32,000 nt of DNA, taken from contig CAZHYN010000002.1 of assembly GCA_964536865.1 (NCBI GenBank), positions 1 to 32,000 of the forward strand. Reading direction: 5' to 3'. Source of the stretch: an uncultured Planctomycetia bacterium (lineage in GTDB: Bacteria; Omnitrophota; Gorgyraeia; Duberdicusellales; 4484-171). The notes under the pieces are model-generated. The model saw only the letters and a program-made list of their open reading frames with translations, did no database searches and was not told where the DNA came from. Both the position numbers and the translations under genes were made by a program. Shown piece after piece: positions 1-8,306 of this stretch (position 1 is the stretch's first letter; every line of letters starts with the position of its first letter).

Positions 1-197
1 GCAATTAAATTTGTGCAAAACTCATCTAATTCTATTTCCAGTTCATTCATCTTAGGCTCGTATTTTTTGACTACCTTTTCTAAAATTTCTTTTCTTTTTT
101 CAATAAGCCCTTCAATTGACTTTTTAACCATATCTTCAGCTAGACCCGCTTCTTCAATTAATTTTTTCTTTAATTCATTCAATTTTTCTTCTAACAT
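1..197 (-). CDS. phoU: PhoU phosphate-signalling regulator, N-terminal part (gene runs off the left edge)
   Basis: Absent from the ORF track because it is truncated. The reverse complement has ATG at 197 preceded by GGGAGGA (202-208). It translates MLEEKLNELKKKLIEEAGLAEDMVKKSIEGLIEKRKEILEKVVKKYEPKMNELEIELDEFCTNLI, a PhoU-like helical N-terminus. It starts 13 nt after the pstB stop, the canonical pstSCAB-phoU position. Confidence 0.75.
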   Translation of the reverse strand, partial: MLEEKLNELKKKLIEEAGLAEDMVKKSIEGLIEKRKEILEKVVKKYEPKMNELEIELDEFCTNLI

Positions 198-210
198 ATT
201 TTCCTCCCAT

Positions 211-972
211 TTATCCAAATTTGCCTGTCAAATAGTGCTCGGTCATCTTATTTTGAGGGGTGGTAAATATCTTCTGTGTAGGGCCAAATTCAACTAAATT
301 TCCCAAGTATAAAAAAGCAGTGTAATCAGAGATTCTTGCTGCCTGTTGCATATTGTGAGTAACAATTACTATTGTATAATTCTTCTTTAAATCCTCAATC
401 AATTCCTCAATCTTTGCTGTAGCAACCGGATCCAAAGCAGAACATGGTTCATCAAATAATACAACTTCTGGCTCAAGAGCTATACAGCGAGCAATACATA
501 ATCTCTGTTGTTGGCCTCCAGATAAATCCAGAGCAAATTTATCAAGTTTGTCTTTAACCTCATTCCATAAAGCAGCCTGCTTTAACGCTTTCTCAACTTT
601 AAAATAGAGCTCTTCTTTATTCTTAAACATCCTATGAAGTTTTAACCCATAAGCAATATTCTCAAATATAGATTTAGGGAAAGGGTTGGGCATCTGAAAT
701 ACCATTCCTATTCTTTTTCTCAAAAACGTCTCATCAATATCATAGATATTCTGGCCATCCAATAAAATTGCACCCTTTACTTTTGCTTCAGGTATTATAT
801 CCAGCATTCTATTTATTGATTTTATAAGTGTGGATTTACCACAGCCTGAAGGACCAATAATTGCTGTAACTTTGTTTTTCTCAACATCAAGATTTACATT
901 TTTTATTACCTGCATATCTTGATACCAGATATTTAAATTGTGAATAGAAATTTTAATTTTTTTACTGTTCAT
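211..972 (-). CDS. pstB: Phosphate ABC transporter ATP-binding protein PstB
   Basis: Walker [13 protein letters not shown] signature LSGGQQQR, Walker B VVLFDEP and the PstB-typical [20 protein letters not shown]. Overlaps the pstA stop by 4 nt. Confidence 0.95.
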   Translation of the reverse strand: MNSKKIKISIHNLNIWYQDMQVIKNVNLDVEKNKVTAIIGPSGCGKSTLIKSINRMLDIIPEAKVKGAILLDGQNIYDIDETFLRKRIGMVFQMPNPFPKSIFENIAYGLKLHRMFKNKEELYFKVEKALKQAALWNEVKDKLDKFALDLSGGQQQRLCIARCIALEPEVVLFDEPCSALDPVATAKIEELIEDLKKNYTIVIVTHNMQQAARISDYTAFLYLGNLVEFGPTQKIFTTPQNKMTEHYLTGKFG

Positions 973-1817
973 TTCCTCTTCCTTGCTCTTTTACGTATAA
1001 CAATAGCAAGCAAATCTATACCCAAAACTAAAAAGAGTAAGACTAAAGCTGTTCCATAAGCAATAGGCACCTGAGTTTCAGGATGTGTTCCTTCAGTCAT
1101 TAAAGCATAAATATGATAAGGAAGTGCCTGAACTTCACTAAAGATTGAGGTGGGAAGTTTTGCTGAATAGAATGTAACTGCAGTAAAAAGTATAGGGGCA
1201 GTTTCTCCTGCAGCTCTTCCGATACCTAATATTGAACCGGTCAATATCCCTGGGATAGCATTGGGCAAAACAATTCGGTAAATAGTCTGCCATTTGGTTG
1301 CTCCTAAAGCTAAGGAAGCTTCTCTCAAAGAGTTTGGAACAGCCAATATCGCCTCTTCAGAAGCGCGAATAATTACAGGCAGAATCAATATTCCCAAAGT
1401 AAGTCCTCCTGATAAAATTGACACACCAAAACCAAAGTATTTAACAAAAACTGCTAATCCAAAAAGCCCAAATACTATAGAAGGGACGCCAGCAAGATTG
1501 TTTATTCCAATGCGAACTATCCTTACCAGCCTTCCTTGCCTTGCATACTCTACAAGATATATTGCTGCCGCCACCCCCAAAGGCAAAGCAAAGCAAATTG
1601 CACAGAGAGTCAAATAAAATGTCCCCAAAATTGCAGGAAAGATTCCCCCAGAAGTCATTCCTTCGCAAGGCTTGTGGGTTAAAAATTGCCAGTTTATTAC
1701 TTTTATTCCCCTGATGATGATAAAGTAAAGAATAATAAAAAGGGCAGAAAGTATTAAAAAAGTAGCCAATCTTAATATTGCAAAGCCTACAAATTCTTTA
1801 ACCTTTCTGAAATTCAT
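969..1817 (-). CDS. pstA: Phosphate ABC transporter permease PstA
   Basis: Six-TM permease with the EAA-type loop [28 protein letters not shown]. Lies between pstC and pstB with 4-nt overlaps. Confidence 0.93.
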   Translation of the reverse strand: MNFRKVKEFVGFAILRLATFLILSALFIILYFIIIRGIKVINWQFLTHKPCEGMTSGGIFPAILGTFYLTLCAICFALPLGVAAAIYLVEYARQGRLVRIVRIGINNLAGVPSIVFGLFGLAVFVKYFGFGVSILSGGLTLGILILPVIIRASEEAILAVPNSLREASLALGATKWQTIYRIVLPNAIPGILTGSILGIGRAAGETAPILFTAVTFYSAKLPTSIFSEVQALPYHIYALMTEGTHPETQVPIAYGTALVLLFLVLGIDLLAIVIRKRARKRK

Positions 1818-2692
1818 CCCAATCTTTTTCTAAATCTTTGAGATAAAATATCAGCAAGAATATTAAAACTTAAAGTAATTACAAAAAGGACTATAGCAAT
1901 AGCAAAAAGGGCATAAAAATGTGTGCTTCCTGCAACTGCCTCTCCCATCTCAGCAGCAATAGTAGCTGTCATAGTTCGCACAGGCTCAAAAAAAGAATGT
2001 GGAATAACCGCCGCGCCTCCTGCAACCATTAATACTGTCATTGTCTCACCATAAACTCTTGCCATACCCAGAATAACAGCTGTAGTTATCCCTCCTCCTG
2101 CGGCAGGAAGAATTACCCTAAGTATAGTCTCCCACTTATTTGCCCCCAAAGCATAAGAAGCTTCTTTAAATTTTTTGGGGACTGCTGAAATTGCATCTTC
2201 AGAGATACTTGTAATAGTAGGAATTGCCATAATACCCAAAATTAAAGAAGCTGTAAAAGCATTTAATCCTACAGCTAAATTAAAAATTTTTGCTACCTGA
2301 GGCGCCACAATTACCATCCCGAAAAATCCATAAACTACAGAAGGAATACCTGCAAGAAGTTCAATTACTGGTTTTATAAATTCCTTAATTTTGGGAGAGG
2401 CTACCTCTGAAATATAAATGGCACCTGCTACGCCTAAAGGCACAGAAATAACTAATGCTCCAAATGTAACTAAGAAAGACCCTAAAATGAGAGGCAATAT
2501 CCCAAACTCAGGAGGTTCATAGGTAGGATACCAGAATTTGCCAAATAGAAATTCTTTAAGAGAAGTAACTTTAAAAATTGGCAGCCCTTCTTTAAACAAA
2601 ACCATAACAATCCCTAAAAGAAAGAAAATAGAAAGTGAAGCAGGTAGACAAAAAAATCCTTTAATTAAATTTTCTTTTTGTGTTCTCTTCAT
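1814..2692 (-). CDS. pstC: Phosphate ABC transporter permease PstC
   Basis: Polytopic permease with ASYALGANKWETILRVILPAAGGGITTAVILG. Immediately downstream of pstS. Confidence 0.93.
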   Translation of the reverse strand: MKRTQKENLIKGFFCLPASLSIFFLLGIVMVLFKEGLPIFKVTSLKEFLFGKFWYPTYEPPEFGILPLILGSFLVTFGALVISVPLGVAGAIYISEVASPKIKEFIKPVIELLAGIPSVVYGFFGMVIVAPQVAKIFNLAVGLNAFTASLILGIMAIPTITSISEDAISAVPKKFKEASYALGANKWETILRVILPAAGGGITTAVILGMARVYGETMTVLMVAGGAAVIPHSFFEPVRTMTATIAAEMGEAVAGSTHFYALFAIAIVLFVITLSFNILADILSQRFRKRLG

Positions 2693-2694
2693 AC

Positions 2695-3513
2695 TTACTT
2701 TAAAGGGACAAAACCCTGCTCTTTAACTATCCTCTGCCCCTCTTTGCTTAAAACAAAACCAACAAAATCCTTAGCTAATCCTTTTGGCTTACCATTGGTG
2801 TACATAAATAACGGTCTTGAAATAGGATATGTGCCTTTTAATACAGTATCTTCTGAAGGCAAAATCCCCTCAATTTTTAAAGCTTTAACTTCTGAACTCA
2901 AATACCCTAAACCCACATAACCAATAGCACCTTTTGTGCGTTTAATTGTTGAAGCAACTGCTGCATTTGAAGCCTGAAGCAGAGCATCTGGACGCACACG
3001 CTGCTTTTTTAAAACTAACTTGTTAAAGCACTCAAATGTTCCTGAGGCAACATCTCGTGAGATAACAACTATTTTTTGATTTTTTCCTCCGAGCTCGCCC
3101 CAGTTAGATATTTTGCCGGTATAAATCTCTTTAAGTTGGCTGAGTGTAAGTTCATTAACTGGATTTGAAGGATGAACAATTACTGCAATCCCATCCATAG
3201 CTATAACATAGGCAACAGGGTCAACCCCTCTTTCTACAGCTTTTTTGATTTCCTTATCCTTTATCGGCCGGGAAGAGGTAGCAACATCACATATCCCATC
3301 AATTAAAGCAGCAATACCTACTCCTGAACCTCCGCCACGCACTGAAATGTTTGCTTCTGGATATTTCTGCATAAATACTTCTGCACATTTTTGAGCAATA
3401 GGCAAAACTGTAGTCGATCCCTGAATAACAAGTTTCTTTTCTGCATGGACAGAAGCTATTTTTAAACTCAGAGTAAAAGCCAACGCTACAATTACTAAAA
3501 TTACTCTTTTCAT
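2695..3513 (-). CDS. pstS: Phosphate-binding periplasmic protein PstS
   Basis: Signal peptide MKRVILVIVALAFTLSLKIASVHA, then type-2 binding-protein motifs (GSTTVLP, GGGSGVGIAAL, SSRPIK). First gene of the pstSCAB block. Confidence 0.9.
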   Translation of the reverse strand: MKRVILVIVALAFTLSLKIASVHAEKKLVIQGSTTVLPIAQKCAEVFMQKYPEANISVRGGGSGVGIAALIDGICDVATSSRPIKDKEIKKAVERGVDPVAYVIAMDGIAVIVHPSNPVNELTLSQLKEIYTGKISNWGELGGKNQKIVVISRDVASGTFECFNKLVLKKQRVRPDALLQASNAAVASTIKRTKGAIGYVGLGYLSSEVKALKIEGILPSEDTVLKGTYPISRPLFMYTNGKPKGLAKDFVGFVLSKEGQRIVKEQGFVPLK

Positions 3514-3528
3514 CTTTACACCTCCTCT

Positions 3529-4761
3529 TTAAAATTTAATTTTCCAGTCAACCTGTAAAAGATGCCTTCGGCCAGTTCCTTTAATTCTCTCCATATAGTA
3601 ATAATCAATGCCTAAAGCTACATTTTTTCCTATCCCATAAGTAAACGTAACTTCATGCCCTTTTACATCAGTATGACCACTGTAAGCATCTGAATCAGGG
3701 AATATATCAATCCAGGCATCCTTCTCTAAGTGTCTATACATATATTTTGCCTGCCACCTGCCTCTTTTTATCTTTTCAGCTCCAAACTTAATACCAAAAA
3801 GATACCCGTTATTTTCCTCTGAAGGGTCTGGGTTGTGCACATAATCACCAAATACAGCTAAATAAGGAATCAAACCGCCAAAAGGTTTCCTAAATCCTAT
3901 CTCGATACTGGGAGCAATAGAATTGTAATTGTATTTTAACAGACCTTTTTCTAATGTATTGTATTTCCCGCTCTCATCGTCTCCGTTAGTCAGAGTAGCT
4001 CCTTTCACATTATCAAAGATATAACCGGCAACAGCCATCTTAATGTGAGTTCTCTCATCGAATTTGTACTTAAACCCGGGCTGAATTACCCACATAAACG
4101 GATCTGAGGCATCACTAGAACTCTCATCTAATACCCAAAACCCGGTATTCATAAACAAATCGCAGTTATTCATCCTCTTGCTTAATAAAAGTGAGCCACC
4201 TTCAGGGTTTATATCAGAATCCCAGAGAAGGTCAGATGGCCTGAATATTAATTTCTTGATACTTTTTATCTTGCCTGCTTTCAAAGTTAACCAGGGCGTT
4301 GCCATCCATTCTGCATAAGCATAATCTAATCTGATATCAGGTGTTGAAAATCCATCACACATAGTCTGGTTAGTTGAACGAGCATCATCACCACCTGTAG
4401 CAAGTCCTGCTGCTACTTTTATTGTTTTGTTTACTTTTGTCTCCAATCCTAATCTGAACCTGTAACGACCTCTGTGTCTATCAGAGGCATCGTGTTTATC
4501 TTCCCATTGATAGCGCAATCTTAAATCACCTTTAATTCTAGTATTCTGAATCCATCTGGGTAGACCTTCTAATTCTCCTTTAGCCAAATCTTTTCTTACT
4601 CCCTCTTTCGTCTCTATTAAAATAGTCCGTGCCTCACCCGGAGAAAGAATTCCTTTTTCTACCAATTTTTCTACCAGAATATCAATCTCACCACTGTAAG
4701 CTAAACTTGGTATAAGTAAAAGCCATGCAAAAACCAGACAAACAATTTCTTTTGACAACAT
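3529..4761 (-). CDS. Outer-membrane beta-barrel porin, probably phosphate/anion-selective and Pho-regulon linked
   Basis: Signal peptide, N-terminal helical segment (LVEKLVEKGILSPGEARTIL) and long alternating-hydrophobicity beta-strand sequence. C-terminal WKIKF has the terminal aromatic typical of OMPs. Strong SD GGAGGTG upstream. Placed directly upstream of pstS. Confidence 0.7.
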   Translation of the reverse strand: MLSKEIVCLVFAWLLLIPSLAYSGEIDILVEKLVEKGILSPGEARTILIETKEGVRKDLAKGELEGLPRWIQNTRIKGDLRLRYQWEDKHDASDRHRGRYRFRLGLETKVNKTIKVAAGLATGGDDARSTNQTMCDGFSTPDIRLDYAYAEWMATPWLTLKAGKIKSIKKLIFRPSDLLWDSDINPEGGSLLLSKRMNNCDLFMNTGFWVLDESSSDASDPFMWVIQPGFKYKFDERTHIKMAVAGYIFDNVKGATLTNGDDESGKYNTLEKGLLKYNYNSIAPSIEIGFRKPFGGLIPYLAVFGDYVHNPDPSEENNGYLFGIKFGAEKIKRGRWQAKYMYRHLEKDAWIDIFPDSDAYSGHTDVKGHEVTFTYGIGKNVALGIDYYYMERIKGTGRRHLLQVDWKIKF

Positions 4762-4784
4762 CCTTCACCTCCTTTTAATTATTT

Positions 4785-5000
4785 CTATAACCATATATTT
4801 CTATATAATTTCCTAAATCGGTGTAGTTCCTTTTCTACTCGCTTTAAGGATTCTTCTACATAACCACCTTCGAGCCTGTCTGAGTTTTCAATCTCAGCCA
4901 ATACATTCTGCAAAGTAGCAAGTTGTGAACGTAAGAAACTGGCGAAAAAATCCCTGTGCCAATCTGATATAGTTTTTATTCCCTTCTGTGTATTACTCAT
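4785..5000 (-). CDS. Hypothetical 71-aa helical protein inside the pho operon
   Basis: ORF with a good SD (AAGGAG 5 nt before the ATG), lying between the sigma-r4-like ORF and the porin. I recognise no family. Confidence 0.45.
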   Translation of the reverse strand: MSNTQKGIKTISDWHRDFFASFLRSQLATLQNVLAEIENSDRLEGGYVEESLKRVEKELHRFRKLYRNIWL

Positions 5001-5024
5001 TTTGTCTCCTTTTGCTTTTTGTTT

Positions 5025-5210
5025 TTATACACTTAATCTATTAACTGCATATAAATTTTCTGTTAATTTTTGGTTAATTTTCATCTTTCTTAAAAGTAAT
5101 TGTTTGACCTGCCTCATTCTTTCTCTGCGAATCCTCAATTCCTTAGCTATTTGAGATTTGAAAGCAACCGATTCAACCAAAGGCAAATAATTCTGATACA
5201 ACTTTTCCAT
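5025..5210 (-). CDS. 61-aa stand-alone sigma-70 region 4 (4.2 HTH)-like protein
   Basis: SQIAKELRIRRERMRQVKQLLLRKMK closely parallels the RpoD region 4.2 HTH ([28 protein letters not shown]). There is no region 2 or 3. The SD is weak. It lies 61 nt downstream of phoR. Confidence 0.45.
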   Translation of the reverse strand: MEKLYQNYLPLVESVAFKSQIAKELRIRRERMRQVKQLLLRKMKINQKLTENLYAVNRLSV

Positions 5211-5271
5211 TTTTCTTTTAGATTTTAGAAAACAGGTGTTAAAGGAGTATAAAGGAAACGTTAATTTTTGG

Positions 5272-6999
5272 TTAAGAAAGGTAGGCAGGGAAAGTAATTG
5301 TGAATTCTGTTCCTTTGTCAGGTATGCTTTTTACATCTATTCTTCCATTGTGTAAAAGCACGATGTGTTTGACAATGGAAAGTCCCAAGCCTGTGCCACC
5401 AAGTTTTTTAGAACGGGATTTATCTACTACATAAAATCTTTCAAATATCCTGTCAAGATGCTCTTCTGGTATTCCGATACCTGTGTCTTTTACCTTAACA
5501 ATTATTTCTTTATCAGTTCTTTTTAACAAAATACTAATTTCTCCCTTTTCTGTATATTTAATAGCATTGTCTATCAAATTTATAAACATCTGCTCCAATT
5601 TAAAAGGGTCTCCTTTGATTACAGGCTTGCTTTCACATATTAAATTTAATTTTAAATTTTTTTCTTTTGCTTTCTGCTCAAATATTTTACATACATTTTC
5701 TGCCATCTCTTCCAAATTCATCTTTTCTTTTATCTGGGTTAATCCCTTCTCTTCCAATTCTGAAAGTAAAAGTAAATCACTGACAATATTTATAAGGCGT
5801 TCGGTATGTTTTTTGATAATATCTAAATAGTGTTTTGAGCTACCTTTTATCTCCTCTTCTAAAGTCTCGACATATCCTTTTATAGCTGTTAAAGGAGTTC
5901 TTAATTCATGAGAAACATTTACCACAAAGTCTTTCTTTATTTTTTCCAGTTTCCTAAATTCAGTAATATCATGCAAAACAATTATTAACTCTTCTTTAGA
6001 AGGCACAAAAACAAAACTGCACAGGAATACTTTTTCGTTCAACTCTAACTCTTGAGAAGAGATTCTTTTCTCTTCTTTTGCCTTCTCTATCAATTGAGCT
6101 ATAGTGGGATTCCTTAAAACCTCCCACCAGAATTTTCCCTCAGGATTTATTTGAACAATTTTTTTAAAACTTTCATTAAAAAGAATAATCCTGCCTTTTT
6201 TATCTAAAACCAAAAGCCCTTCTTCAAGGGAAGTGATAATACTATTTAATTCTTCTTGTTTTAAGGTTAAGTTATCAAATAGACGCTTTAGTTCTTCAGA
6301 CATTCTATTGAAACTTTCTGCCAGTTCTCCTATTTCACCCTTTCTTTTAAAACTTACTCTTGCAGAAAAATCGCCATCAGCTAATTTTTTAGATGCTGAA
6401 ACTAACTCTTTTAAAGGATAAGACAAATTCTTTGAAAAAAAGAAAGCCCCTAATAGAGAAAGAAAAGTCATAAAAATTACTATCCCAAAGATTCTGTTTT
6501 TTAAGTTATTAAGCAATTTATTTATATCTTTCAAAAACAGGCTCACCCTCAAAACACCTAAAAACTTTTCTTTTGATTTAACAGGTATTGCCACATATAG
6601 CATCTCTTCTTTTACTGTAGTGCTAAAGCGTAAAGATTTGCCAAGACCTTTTATTTTAGCTTGCTTAACTTCCGGCCTATCATTGTGGTTTTCCATAAGA
6701 TGTGGGTCTTTTTCGGAATCTGCTAAAACTTTTCCTGAAGGAGCAATAATTGTAATTCTTGTTTTTATATTTTTGCCTATTTCTTTTACTAAGGAATCTA
6801 ATCTTTTGAAATCTTTTTCTTCTATAAGAGGTAATACTTTAAGTTTAAGTGTGTAGGCTAAATTTTTAAGGCCTAAAGACAGGGTATTTATGTAATGAGA
6901 CCTTATTGTTCTAAAAGAAAAGGAAAATATCAATATTGAAAGCAATAAAATAATCAAACAGAAGCTAAAAAAAAATTTAAAGAACAGAGAGTGCTTCAT
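5272..6999 (-). CDS. phoR: Phosphate-regulon sensor histidine kinase PhoR
   Basis: Two TM segments, HAMP (LADGDFSARV), PAS-like region, H-box VSHELRTPLTAIKGY, N-box NLIDNAIKYT, G1 DTGIGI and G2 GGTGLGLSIV. Overlaps the phoB stop by 4 nt. Confidence 0.9.
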   Translation of the reverse strand: MKHSLFFKFFFSFCLIILLLSILIFSFSFRTIRSHYINTLSLGLKNLAYTLKLKVLPLIEEKDFKRLDSLVKEIGKNIKTRITIIAPSGKVLADSEKDPHLMENHNDRPEVKQAKIKGLGKSLRFSTTVKEEMLYVAIPVKSKEKFLGVLRVSLFLKDINKLLNNLKNRIFGIVIFMTFLSLLGAFFFSKNLSYPLKELVSASKKLADGDFSARVSFKRKGEIGELAESFNRMSEELKRLFDNLTLKQEELNSIITSLEEGLLVLDKKGRIILFNESFKKIVQINPEGKFWWEVLRNPTIAQLIEKAKEEKRISSQELELNEKVFLCSFVFVPSKEELIIVLHDITEFRKLEKIKKDFVVNVSHELRTPLTAIKGYVETLEEEIKGSSKHYLDIIKKHTERLINIVSDLLLLSELEEKGLTQIKEKMNLEEMAENVCKIFEQKAKEKNLKLNLICESKPVIKGDPFKLEQMFINLIDNAIKYTEKGEISILLKRTDKEIIVKVKDTGIGIPEEHLDRIFERFYVVDKSRSKKLGGTGLGLSIVKHIVLLHNGRIDVKSIPDKGTEFTITFPAYLS

Positions 7000-7673
7000 T
7001 CTTCTATTTTGTAACCTATACCTCTTACATTTTTAATAAATTTTGAAGCTTTGCCTAACTTTTCTCTTAAATTTTTAATATGGACATCTATGGTTCTGTC
7101 CAAAACCGCTTTATCATGTCCCCATAAATGGTTTAGAATCTGGTCTCTTGTAAATACCCAGCCTTTTTTAGAAGCCAAGATTTTTAAAATTCTGAATTCA
7201 GTTGGGGTTAAATCTATTTTTTTATTTTCTACAAAGACCTGGAATTTATTAAGATCTATTAAGAGAATATCGCCTATTTTGATCTTTTTGCCAGAATCTT
7301 GTGTTTTTCTTCTTAAAACTGCTTTTACCCTGGCAACTAATTCTCTTGGGGAAAAAGGTTTTGTTACATAATCGTCTGCTCCTAACTCTAAACCTAAAAC
7401 TTTATCTGCTTCATCAGCACGAGCAGTAAGCATAATAACAGGAATAAATTTAAAATCCTCTTTTGATTTTAAATATTTGCAAATTTCAATACCATCTGAA
7501 TCGGGAAGCATAAGGTCTAAGATTATAAGGTCAGGCATTTTGGAAGATAAGAATTTAAAGAAGCTTTCTGCATTTAGGAATTCTTTAACTTTAAAACCAG
7601 ATTTAGTAAGGTGCAAAGATACAAGCTCTAAAATATCAGGTTCATCATCTATTACTGCTATCAATTCATTCAT
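6996..7673 (-). CDS. phoB: OmpR-family response regulator PhoB
   Basis: Receiver domain (DDEPDI, phospho-acceptor context ILDLMLPD, conserved K in VTKPF) plus winged helix (LTPTEFRILKIL, VDVHIKNLREKL, VRGIGYKI). Paired with phoR next to pst. Confidence 0.9.
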   Translation of the reverse strand: MNELIAVIDDEPDILELVSLHLTKSGFKVKEFLNAESFFKFLSSKMPDLIILDLMLPDSDGIEICKYLKSKEDFKFIPVIMLTARADEADKVLGLELGADDYVTKPFSPRELVARVKAVLRRKTQDSGKKIKIGDILLIDLNKFQVFVENKKIDLTPTEFRILKILASKKGWVFTRDQILNHLWGHDKAVLDRTIDVHIKNLREKLGKASKFIKNVRGIGYKIEE

Positions 7674-7697
7674 CTTTTGAAGTTAAAATCATTCCAT

Positions 7698-7753
7698 ATA
7701 AAAATTCAAACAATTTTTGATAACATCATATAATTTTAGATAACATTTGTCAA
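7698..7753 (-). promoter_or_regulatory. Candidate phoB promoter with a Pho-box-like phased repeat array
   Basis: The minus strand reads TTGACA aatg TTATCT aaaa TTATAT gatg TTATCA aaaa TTGTTT gaat TTTTAT. That is six TTNNNN hexamers at an exact 10-bp phase. It contains a 17/20 tandem 20-mer (ATGTTATCTAAAATTATATG / ATGTTATCAAAAATTGTTTG). It can also be read as TTGACA-N17-TATGAT (7748-7753 and 7725-7730). Confidence 0.35.
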
Positions 7754-8139
7754 TCTCGCGTTCCTTAGAACGCATAGCCGATTTATCCACAAACATTTGT
7801 GAAGATGTAATATTCATAACAGAAGGCAAAATTATAAAACATCACAAAGATGAAAGTTAAGGTGATGGGCGGGGATAGGTTTCTTTTTGTTCCGATGGCA
7901 ATCTGGAACATAGGCTAATATAGACAGGTGCTTGAGGAGGGGTTTTGTTAACCTTACCTATTCTTTAAAATATTTCTCTTAAAAGATTTAAAATTGGTAA
8001 GCCAGTCAGCAAAAAAATAAAAATTTCTATTTTCCCTATTCTTTAATTACAAAAATTCTTTTCTGCCGAAAGGCAGACAAACCCCTATATAAGATGAGTT
8101 TTTAAGAGAAGATTCTTTTAATTAAAGCCTCCTCAAAGC

Positions 8140-8293
8140 AAGTGCTTGAGGAAGCTATCCAAAAGGGAAACAAACTTCCCGACGAAATGTCGGGATAAAC
8201 TCCGCGCAGAAGTCCGCCTGTCCCGATGAGCAATAGCGACATCGGGAAGCACCGACTTGTCCGCCTCTGGAGGAGACTGCGGGGTGGGTGGGG
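8140..8293 (+). pseudogene. Decayed paralogue of the 3' half (P7/P8 to 3' end) of the group I intron at 11728-11987
   Basis: Collinear blocks against the intact intron. AAGTGCTTGAGGAAGCTATCCAAAAGGGA matches AAGGTGCAGAGACTATCCCGAAAAGGGA. Hairpins CCCGAC-GAAAT-GTCGGG (8178-8194) and CCCGATG-N11-CATCGGG (8222-8246) match the CCCCGAT..ATCGGGG and TTCCGAC..GTCGGAA hairpins. GTCCGCCTCTGGAGGAGACTGCGGGGTGGGTGGGG matches GTCCACCCTCTGGGGAAACTCAGGGATTAGGTG. P7 complementarity is lost and no tRNA exons flank it. Confidence 0.45.
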
Positions 8294-8306
8294 AATTAAA
8301 TCCTTT

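Noticed and set aside
13-297. 94-aa plus-strand ORF (MQNSSNSISSSF...)
   Set aside because: Low-complexity S/F/I-rich translation that is antisense to the clear phoU start and pstB end. A shadow ORF.
1294-2920. Several 60-110 aa ORFs overlapping pstA/pstC/pstS on either strand (1294-1617+, 1441-1668-, 2538-2726+, 2678-2920+)
   Set aside because: All lie inside strongly supported pst genes, have no recognisable motifs and have odd composition. Shadow frames.
5483-7680. Plus-strand ORFs antisense to phoR/phoB (5483-5830, 6233-6421, 6620-6856, 7051-7371, 7477-7680)
   Set aside because: Antisense to well-supported two-component genes, with low-complexity S/F/L/I-rich products.
8160-8300. GC-rich hairpin cluster considered as RNase P RNA, tmRNA, SRP RNA or a riboswitch
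   Set aside because: None of the signatures I know are present (GGAAAGTCCGG, tmRNA tRNA-like ends, SRP GGAA/AGCA motifs). Paralogy to the group I intron explains the cluster better.
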